Positions 39,664 through 47,251 of a DNA stretch of 64,000 bases are shown here, one piece after another. The translations under genes were made by a program, and so were the position numbers. Location: the NCBI RefSeq assembly GCF_964355755.1, contig NC_092674.1, forward strand, positions 19,220,001-19,284,000. The letters are read 5' to 3'. Each line of letters begins with the position of its first letter. Position 1 is the stretch's first letter. The stretch is from Antedon mediterranea (Eukaryota > Animalia > Echinodermata). The notes beneath the pieces are model-generated. The model was not told the origin of the DNA. It was given only the letters and a program-made list of their open reading frames with translations, and did not search any database.

Positions 39664-39936
39664 ATGAAGTCGGAAGCACAGAGAATGATCGATGTATCGC
39701 TTCGAAAAATTGGTTGTCAACGCCGGAGAGAAAGTATGTGCCTACGAAAGAAAATACTTATAGTCAGTGTATTGTGTTTGGCCCAGCAAATATTTGACGA
39801 GGATATTATGACCTGGAAAAAAAAAAATTCTACATCGACGCCTCACGTGAAGACGACAGAGACTAAATGTGCGGAAGACGAGAACAAAGAACATCGAGAC
39901 CTGACGTCAGTGGCGAGAAAAATCAGCTTCGATTAA
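39664..39936 (+). CDS. IER2/IER5-like (immediate early response) N-terminal domain protein, 90 aa
   Basis: EAQRMIDVSLRKI..RRRESMCLRKKILIVSVLCLAQQIF aligns by eye with the recalled IER5 N-terminus [39 protein letters not shown]; good ATG context (AAAATG). Confidence 0.72.
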   Translation: MKSEAQRMIDVSLRKIGCQRRRESMCLRKKILIVSVLCLAQQIFDEDIMTWKKKNSTSTPHVKTTETKCAEDENKEHRDLTSVARKISFD

Positions 39937-39973
39937 TATATGAAGAGGAAAGTACCGGACAGACCAGCATTTC

Positions 39974-40312
39974 TTGACACACATAAACCTTCATCGCAGA
40001 TGCAGGGCGAATAAAAAAAAAAAGAAAGATAAAAACCGCCGACGCGACATCTTGCTTATTACATCGGAAAATCGAATAAACAGAAATGTTTACGGAGGCC
40101 GTGTGCGTTCCGATCAAAGCTTTGTCGACTACTTGCAAGATCGTCTGTTACATTTTTTGTCTCGCCATTTTAGGATGTGTCGGGTTCGCCATCTGGTGGA
40201 TTTTAAAATTCGTCGAAACGTTACGCAATATTTAAATCGCTGCGTTCGACGTCTGGAGACGGGTGGGGGGGGGGGGGGTGGGGGAGGGGAGAGAGAGAGA
40301 GAGGAAAAATAA
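39974..40312 (+). CDS. Small Arg/Lys-rich hypothetical protein (no ATG at the ORF start; possibly frameshifted)
   Basis: Protein-like core SFVDYLQDRLLHFLSRHF; AATAAA overlaps the stop; runs through poly(A) and poly(G) tracts. Confidence 0.35.
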   Translation: MTHINLHRRCRANKKKKKDKNRRRDILLITSENRINRNVYGGRVRSDQSFVDYLQDRLLHFLSRHFRMCRVRHLVDFKIRRNVTQYLNRCVRRLETGGGGGGGGGEREREEK

Positions 40313-40389
40313 AATATAATATCATTTTGTAAATAAACGAAGTTCATTCTCGTTTGAGAGTTTGTTCGGGACGGATCGAACGAATAAAC

Positions 40390-41334
40390 ATGAAGAGGAA
40401 CGTTCACGATCAGGATGGAGCTTTCGCTTCGATCATACAGAGACCTCGAAAATTGCGTAAAGAATGCTTTGTCGCCCGACCGACGGACTCGACTTGCCAC
40501 GCGGCGAGTCGTAGTGCTGTGACAAGATTCAGACAGAGGATGAACGCCGGAGCTGGCGTGTCTCTTGTGAAGTCGACGTGCATCGTGGACCGGATCGCCA
40601 AAGAACTGCGCAGGACGGAAGGCGAATCCGACATTCTCACGCGGATGGTGGAAAGGTACCACGAACGGAGGGCCAAAGGCGACGAGTCGGGTGCGACAGA
40701 AGACGAGATGATGTACGAGTACTACGTTCGTAGTGTGGTGACCGCCTTGTTAAACGAAAAAAGTCATTTCATCGATCGAGTACGAAACTTGCCAAACGAG
40801 TCTTTGAAACCGGATCCATGGACGATCGACGTTCTGCACTTTAACAGCTACGAGCACGGATACAGGAGCGACGTCAAATCGGTACTCCGTCCCTGCGCCT
40901 CTCCCGACTGCTTGTCGAGATACGTGCAAGGCGGTGGCGAAGAAAGTCCCACATTGGCGGAATGCATGAACGTAGACGCCATGAAAGTGGTCATCGGTGG
41001 TTGAAGTCTCGAAGACGTCGGAGCCTCCAATCATTACGGAAGGCCGTACTGCATACTGTGCCTGATAAGCAACGTATACTCGAGATGCATGGATCCGTTG
41101 GGAAGTCGCACCATGGATCTGTGCGAGTACGCCACTTCTTTCTCGTTTCGCATAGTCGACCTGAATCCTGATTACGAGGTGAAATGTCAGTTTACTATGG
41201 CGGAGTCAGGCGTTCAGCTCACTTACCACTACCTTAACGTTGATGGCGTCATCGATCTTCTCAGATGGGTGAAAGACAATCCTTCTGATCCTTACAGAAT
41301 AGATTTTTCCGTACTGATGAAAAAAGCGGACTGA
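40390..41334 (+). pseudogene. Cys-motif (putative Zn-binding) viral protein, ~314 codons, with one in-frame premature TGA
   Basis: ORFs 40354-41004 and 41089-41334 are in the same frame; reading through TGA at 41002-41004 gives ..VIGG*SLEDVGASNHYGRPYCILCLISNVYSRCMDPLG..; motifs RPCASPDC and CILC. Confidence 0.75.
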
Positions 41335-41732
41335 AAATGATACAAACAAATATTATTTTTTTTTCTTTAAATTTTGTTTTATTAAAAAAAAAAAAACCAA
41401 ACAACAATTACAGTCATGTATTTTTTTCTAATTACTTTCTTTGTAAGTGTCTATTTTTCGTTGGTGTAAAAAAGTTCTCATCACCAAAGTTGTTGAATGC
41501 ACGAAATTCTTTGTGAAATAGTTATTGCATGGTACATCATACCGTGTACATCATACACCGGTATGGTGTGTCGAAATTAATTAAATCGCTGTGTCGTTGC
41601 ATGGATTATTTAATTGTGTAAAATACGTCTTGTTTTTGCAAAGGGAGAAAAAAAAAAAAAAAATAAAATAACATTTTGTTATTCAATTTTCTTTTTCTTT
41701 TTTTTTTTTTAAAGGAAATCGAAACTTTTTTT

Positions 41733-42602
41733 TTAGGCGTACAATACGACTATGTTTTCGCTGGGATCCTCACTCAAATCGAACCTGGCTCTGAAATCTT
41801 CTGTTAGGTCGGTGGACATCGGCGCCACTCCAGATATCGGCCTGTCTCTCGCCATCTGTTCCATTTGCCAATCTTCCAATCGACGGTTGGTCCGTTTCAA
41901 CATCCTCGTGTAATCCTTGTACATAGCAGTCTGCAACGTTATCCGCAAAGCGGCGTCGACGACTTTCGGAAACGACTCGCAGACGATCGTGTACAGAGAA
42001 GGGACGCAATTTTCTCGTTCTCTCTCCCTCAAGCTATTCAACAGGAAAAGTTCGACATCTTTGATCCTGCATTTGTAATAGTTGTTTCCGTCCAGTTTGC
42101 ACTTGAAATTTATCGTCTTACGGTACGGTAAATCGTGGTCTTTCAGGAAATTGGCAAAATCTTCGACGGCTTCCAACGGCCTGCACGATCCTTTGTACAC
42201 GAATCGTACCCTGTTTCCTCGTTCCCAGTTTTTCATCAGAAGCTCCAACATCGGATCGGTCAGCAGTCGGGTGGCCGACACTCTCGTGCGAACGTACGAG
42301 AGCAACGGCTCTTCGTCGTTGGCGGGGACGACGTCCCAGTTGTAATTGCCGGACTCCATAACCGGGCGGTAATTCGTTCCATCGTACTGATGTACTGAAC
42401 GGAAAGTTTTCTCAAAGTCTGTCAGTCGCTGCTCTCGTAAACTAGCTGCTTCAGATCTTCTCAACATGTTTGACAAAAGAATGTTACGATGTTTGCCCAC
42501 AAGAGTATTAAACGATACTTCAAAACGTGTAAACCTGACAGTTTCCGTCAAAACAACATTGGCGGTTATATATTGCATATGTTTCGTGAAAGATGACATC
42601 AT
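41733..42602 (-). CDS. Hypothetical protein (viral island orphan), 289 aa
   Basis: Long intact ATG ORF with island-type codon usage, divergent from the nuclease gene; no recognisable family. Confidence 0.75.
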   Translation of the reverse strand: MMSSFTKHMQYITANVVLTETVRFTRFEVSFNTLVGKHRNILLSNMLRRSEAASLREQRLTDFEKTFRSVHQYDGTNYRPVMESGNYNWDVVPANDEEPLLSYVRTRVSATRLLTDPMLELLMKNWERGNRVRFVYKGSCRPLEAVEDFANFLKDHDLPYRKTINFKCKLDGNNYYKCRIKDVELFLLNSLRERERENCVPSLYTIVCESFPKVVDAALRITLQTAMYKDYTRMLKRTNRRLEDWQMEQMARDRPISGVAPMSTDLTEDFRARFDLSEDPSENIVVLYA

Positions 42603-42714
42603 GGTTGACGAATTGTAATGTCGTAGAATGTGGTTTCATTGGTTAAGAGTGATTGATGAGGAGGATGACATCGTCGTTGACAAACGATTGTCAGTCTCAA
42701 CGAGCTTTCGTTGG

Positions 42715-42785
42715 GACGACGTTTCGCCGACGATGACGTCGTAGGCGACGACGTTTCGCCGACGATGACGTCGTAGGCGACGACG
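42715..42785. promoter_or_regulatory. 32-bp tandem repeat (2.2 copies) with CRE-like TGACGTC in a divergent promoter region
   Basis: GACGACGTTTCGCCGACGATGACGTCGTAGGC at 42715 and 42747, partial at 42779; lies between the ATGs at 42602 (-) and 42991 (+). The regulatory role is inferred. Confidence 0.5.
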
Positions 42786-42990
42786 CTGCTGTCACCTTTA
42801 ACTAAGGTTTTTTTTTGTTTTTTTTGTAGATTTTGCTTTTTCTTGGTTTGTTTTGTGTTTTGTTTTTAGTTTTTTTCGTTTTTTGTTTGTTTTTTGTTTA
42901 TTCAGTCAGTTTCGTTGTTATTATATATGTCAGTGGTTTGGTCAGGTTGTGGAAATACTGTAAACAGCTAGTAAACCGTTTCTGAAAGTC

Positions 42991-44493
42991 ATGGGAATAA
43001 AAGGGAAATTTGCAGACCTAATAGATGTGAATGCGAGGTCTGACCGATCTTTCACCGAAAACTGTCAGGATGTTTCGATTGCAATGATAGACGCGACGCA
43101 GACATTTCATCGTATCGTCACACGTCCGATCGGGAAGAGAGTGGAGGATGCGTTTCCAGACATCGAGGCGTGCATCGAAGAATCGGTCGTTTTGGGAGAG
43201 ATCGAAGAAAAATATTGGCGAGACGGTAAGGGCAAAGACGTCGTCAACGCGTACCAGCGCTTCAGCGTCCAGGACGTGATCTTTGCGTTTTTGGACGACG
43301 TGCTGGGCTACGTAGATCAGGTCGTTTGTTCTCAGAAGAAAACGCAGCCGGAAAACCCTTTGACCGCCGTCATCTTATTTGTTGATGGCGCTGCTCCGTT
43401 TGCTAAGATTGCCGAGTTGAAACGCAGAAAAGAGAAGAGGGGCAACACAGTCCTTACCAGCGTCCGCAAATTCAGCAAGTTAGACAAAGAAACCGAGGCG
43501 AAAGCAGCACTGAAAGGAACGACTGTCTGCAGAGACGAACGCGGAAACTACTTAGGCCTCGTCGAATCTTTCATCAGTTCGAGAGAGCACAGGGCGAGCG
43601 TGTTAAGCGGTCTTCCGTCGACGTTCCGGCATAAAGACGGCAGATACGCAAGAGATTATGCGGTGTACATGTTCACAGGCGCAGGTCTGAAAATCGACAG
43701 TTTCGGGCGGGATTGGTGTAGGCTGTTCCCTCCCGAACGCCCTTCGAATTGGTGCACCGATTTCGAAAGTTTTCTGCCCGAGCGGAACGTTTACTCGGAG
43801 GCGGACATACTCTTCGGAGTCGTGCACGACATCGTTCGATTCCGTACGAATGTGCCTTCTTCCAACATCCTCGTGGAGACGTGCGACAGCGACTGTTTGA
43901 TCACCCTCACGGCGATGCAATCCGACGCTCTGCTGGTTCGTAAACGAAACGAAGTGTCGTACCGGATAGGCGGATGGTCCAGGTCGACGCTGGAAAGCCC
44001 TTCCGTTTGCCTCAACTTTTTGATAGCAGCCTCCTTCCTCGGTTCCGACTACCACGGGCACGTGCACGGCGTCGGACCGACGATTCAGAAGAGGATGTTC
44101 GTGGACAGGTACACGTTCCCGTTCGTGGACTTGGTCAACGTCAGGGGAACGACGACGATCACGTCCGTCAAAGATGTGCAAGACGAAGCGATCGCCGAGT
44201 GGCACGCCGAACTTGCGAAGTACGACGATCTTTTCTGTTTTCGATTCGGAGATTCCATCGTGCCTTTCAGATACAAAGAAGAGAACAACCAAGTGTATGC
44301 CGAAAATTTGATCGCCATGGCTTCCAAGAGTTGGATCGCAAGGGTGACCAAAAACGTCGCTGACAAAACCATGCTGGATCGACTGATTCGACAGAATTTC
44401 TTTTTCCTCGAGTACATGACAATCACTCGATCTCGAATTGACGACCGCTTGAGAGATTTTCCGCAACTCCGTCGCAAATACGGATTCGACTGA
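42991..44493 (+). CDS. FEN1/XPG-family (PIN-fold) 5' nuclease, divergent viral type, 500 aa
   Basis: MGIKG start, MIDAT, LFVDGAAPFAK..ELKRRKEKR, EADI, TCDSDC, LGSDY and GVGP (H3TH): the acidic motif set of the FEN1/XPG family; intronless. Confidence 0.88.
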   Translation: MGIKGKFADLIDVNARSDRSFTENCQDVSIAMIDATQTFHRIVTRPIGKRVEDAFPDIEACIEESVVLGEIEEKYWRDGKGKDVVNAYQRFSVQDVIFAFLDDVLGYVDQVVCSQKKTQPENPLTAVILFVDGAAPFAKIAELKRRKEKRGNTVLTSVRKFSKLDKETEAKAALKGTTVCRDERGNYLGLVESFISSREHRASVLSGLPSTFRHKDGRYARDYAVYMFTGAGLKIDSFGRDWCRLFPPERPSNWCTDFESFLPERNVYSEADILFGVVHDIVRFRTNVPSSNILVETCDSDCLITLTAMQSDALLVRKRNEVSYRIGGWSRSTLESPSVCLNFLIAASFLGSDYHGHVHGVGPTIQKRMFVDRYTFPFVDLVNVRGTTTITSVKDVQDEAIAEWHAELAKYDDLFCFRFGDSIVPFRYKEENNQVYAENLIAMASKSWIARVTKNVADKTMLDRLIRQNFFFLEYMTITRSRIDDRLRDFPQLRRKYGFD

Positions 44494-44752
44494 GGTGAAA
44501 ACCAAAAAAAAAAAAAAAATTCAAAAAAATTACCAAACGCTGTACGTTCAAAATAATAAATAATAGTGATAGATTAAAAAAAAAAAACAAATACGTTGAT
44601 TGACTTGGCTTTTTTTTTTTTTTTTTTTTTATTATTCATTAGCATCACATTTATTTGTCAATAATTTTTTATAACAAACAAAAACATTTGTAACTAAAAA
44701 AAAAAAAAAGAAAAGAAGAAAAGAGAATAGCAAAATAGGGGGGGGGGGGGAA

Positions 44753-45973
44753 ATGGATCTATTGAATAAGGGTCAAGGAGGGAACAGTCATCGACGACGG
44801 ATGGTGTTCCAACTGAGAGACTCCTGCTTTGCAGAAGTAGACGAAATGTCGAGGGACGTTTGTCCGCCAAAGAGGGAAGGAGATTACGAAGTGAAGACGT
44901 CCGTGCACGCCGATTGTCGCCTGTCTAGAGCGCAATTCCCCATCGAAGTTGACGCCGGACCGAGCCTGTGGAGATTCGACAGGGTGTCCGTCAAGTTGAA
45001 CGCCGGAGCGATGTCTACGTCGTCTTTGTACGGGTGGAGGTTGATGGTGCTCGACAAAAAGACGAGGTCTATGACGCCTGCCTTCTGCAGAAAAGTGCCT
45101 ATCACCTGGTCCGGTGTGGCCGACGTAACTCGACGGAGCGTCACCGACGAAGAGAGCGTCGAGAAAAATGTGAGGACCGCGTGGAAAGACGACTACCACG
45201 GAGCGTTGACGAGCCAGACGAGATGCGACGAAGCCGCTCCCGTCTTGATGAGCGAAAGAAAGAGTCACAACGTTATGTCTTTTTTCGGCTCGCCGCTTGC
45301 GAAGCATCTGTCGGAGCGCGATTTTCGTGTGTCTGTAGACGACTTTGACAGCGTCGACCATAAAGCTCGTGCTTTGCTTATGCCCAAGCGACAAGATAAC
45401 TTGGATGACTGCATGAAGTACATGAAAGACCGCGGTTACGGCGACAAAGAGATCACGATGGCGCACTTCGAGAACGTGATCCACGCCGCCCTTAGGTCGT
45501 GCGGTCCGTCGTTGATGTTGATGACCGACAAAAAGCACTTTGACGAAGACGATTTCAAGAGCACGAAAAGCGACTACCTCGTGCCTTTTCCTATAGTGCA
45601 GTCGTTGGTGGACGTGACAAAAAGTTTACATTCGCAGTCCAATTACGTTCTGATGAACGGCAAGAATCTTGTGCTGGAGCTCGACAGGTTCGTCGACTCC
45701 GACGACCGTAAGGTGGTAGGCTCCGTTGAACTTGTCATGGAATACGTATCGGATCCCTGCATGCCCGTAGATCGTCCGTGGAGCGTCGACCAGACTATAG
45801 AAAGCGATCTTTTGAAAGTCGACAAGACGGTGAACGATGTATTTGCCGAAGGCCGTCACCTCGGATTGGAGACGGAAAGCGATTACCGAAAGGACGGAGA
45901 TGAAGACGACGACGACGGCGGCGGCAGCGACTTTCGTCGGGGTTCTCGTGGTTGCTTAAAACAAGAATTCTAA
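44753..45973 (+). CDS. Hypothetical viral protein, possibly a beta-sandwich or jelly-roll fold; last residues come from the adjacent satellite
   Basis: 406-aa ORF with alternating-hydrophobic strands at both ends (FDRVSVKLN, WRLMVLD; LVLELDRF, GSVELVMEYV) and an acidic tail; the final CLKQEF* is read from the first repeat unit. Confidence 0.75.
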   Translation: MDLLNKGQGGNSHRRRMVFQLRDSCFAEVDEMSRDVCPPKREGDYEVKTSVHADCRLSRAQFPIEVDAGPSLWRFDRVSVKLNAGAMSTSSLYGWRLMVLDKKTRSMTPAFCRKVPITWSGVADVTRRSVTDEESVEKNVRTAWKDDYHGALTSQTRCDEAAPVLMSERKSHNVMSFFGSPLAKHLSERDFRVSVDDFDSVDHKARALLMPKRQDNLDDCMKYMKDRGYGDKEITMAHFENVIHAALRSCGPSLMLMTDKKHFDEDDFKSTKSDYLVPFPIVQSLVDVTKSLHSQSNYVLMNGKNLVLELDRFVDSDDRKVVGSVELVMEYVSDPCMPVDRPWSVDQTIESDLLKVDKTVNDVFAEGRHLGLETESDYRKDGDEDDDDGGGSDFRRGSRGCLKQEF

Positions 45974-46985
45974 AAAATACAAACCGGAATACTCTTACTT
46001 ATTTTAAGAAAAATATTGCTTGAAACAAGAATTCTACAAATAAAAATCGGAATATTCTTACTTATTTTAAGAAATATGTTGCTTGAAACAAGAATTCAAA
46101 AAATACAAATCGGAATATTCTTACTTATTTTAAGAAAAATATTGCTTGAAACAAGAATTCAAAAAATACAAATCGGAATATTCTTACTTATTTTAAGAAA
46201 AATATTGCTTGAAACAAGAATTCAAAAAATACAAATCGGAATATTCTTACTTATTTTAAGAAAGATATTGCTTGAAACAAGAATATTAAAATTAAAAATC
46301 GGAATATTCTTACTTATTTTAAGAAAAATATTGCTTGAAACAAGAATTCTACAAATAAAAATCGGAATATTCTTACTTATTTTAAGAAATATTTTGCTTG
46401 AAACAAGAATTCAAAAAATACAAATCGGAATATTCTTACTTATTTTAAGAAAAATATTGCTTGAAACAAGAATTCAAAAAATACAAATCGGAATATTCTT
46501 ACTTATTTTAAGAAAAATATTGCTTGAAACAAGAATTCAAAAAATACAAATCGGAATATTCTTACTTATTTTAAGAAAAATATTGCTTGAAACAAGAATT
46601 CAAAAAATAAAAATCGGAATATTCTTACTTATTTTAAGAAATATCTTGCTTGAAACAAGAATTCAAAAAAATACAAATCGGAATATTCTTACTTATTTTA
46701 AGAAATATATTGCTTGAAACAAGAATTCTATAAAATACAAATCGGAATATTCTTACTTATTTTAAGAAATTTCTTGCTTGAAACAAGAATTAAAAAAAAT
46801 ACAAATCGGAATATTCTTACTTATTTTAAGAAATATATTGCTTGAAACAAGAATTCTATAAAATACAAATCGGAATATTCTTACTTATTTTAAGAAATAT
46901 ATTGCTTGAAACAAGAATTCAAAAAAATACAAATCGGAATATTCTTACTTATTTTAAGAAAAATATTGCTTGAAACAAGAATTCT
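45954..46985. repeat. 63-bp tandem repeat, ~16 copies (TGCTTGAAACAAGAATTCAAAAAATACAAATCGGAATATTCTTACTTATTTTAAGAAAAATAT)
   Basis: Period of 63 is visible (46017, 46080, 46143, 46206...); it produces the 21-aa repeat ORF 46016-46717. Confidence 0.96.
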
Positions 46986-47251
46986 ATTTTAAAAAATTGA
47001 TAAATTGTTACTTATTTTAAGGCAGATACTGCTTAAAACAAAAATGAAAAAAGCAATTAAATTCTTGGTAAGAATATTGTTCTTAAAGTATTATTTCTTG
47101 GTAAGAATAATTTTCTTGATAAGAATTTTACGATTCTTGGTAAGCCAAAAAGTATTGAAATACGGACAAGTCAAAATTTACTTGTTTCAAGAAATATTTT
47201 GCTTGAAACAAGTTTTTTTTTTCTTAAAACAAGAATCAGAATTTTGCTGTG
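45954..47251. mobile_element. Right part of a repeat-bearing non-autonomous DNA transposon (CAC-type end, EnSpm/CACTA-like); left end missing
   Basis: The array degenerates into inverted subrepeats (CTTGTTTCAAGA / GCTTGAAACAAG) and ends ..AATTTTGCTGTG|TA, which reads CACAGCAAAA on the other strand; no matching left TIR found. Confidence 0.5.

Larger units (their letters stand above)
38391..45973. mobile_element. Putative endogenous large dsDNA virus fragment (gene-dense, intronless, GC- and CpG-rich island)
   Basis: Abrupt switch to about 50% GC (eyeball estimate) and CpG-rich codons; 6-7 closely packed unspliced ORFs on both strands separated by homopolymer spacers with poly(A) signals; divergent FEN1-like nuclease; no Shine-Dalgarno or operon pattern; no transposase or TIRs. 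Confidence 0.8.

Noticed and set aside
41975-42010. BC-box (VPSLYTIVC) in the 289-aa orphan
   Set aside because: The Cys is one residue off the [STP]LxxxC consensus; too weak to call.
42991-44493. Nuclease as an AcademX XPG domain or host FEN1 retrocopy
   Set aside because: It is a stand-alone MGIKG-start ORF with no transposase or TIRs, unlike the Academ relic at 61070, and is far too divergent from conserved animal FEN1.
43603-45538. Long antisense ORFs 43603-44505 and 44759-45538
   Set aside because: They are shadows of the GC-rich + strand genes; the conserved motifs are on the + strand.
38391-45973. Bacterial HGT/contaminant or Polinton
   Set aside because: No operon or Shine-Dalgarno pattern; eukaryotic features are present (IER-like domain, poly(A) signals, glycoprotein); no pPolB, integrase, ATPase or TIRs. 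A protist source cannot be fully excluded.
46016-46717. 233-aa ORF of 21-aa repeats (LRR- or TM-like appearance)
   Set aside because: It is a translation of the 63-bp satellite, starts at TTG, and later units frameshift.
45954-46985. CRISPR-like array
   Set aside because: Units are contiguous with no unique spacers, there are no cas genes, and the context is eukaryotic.
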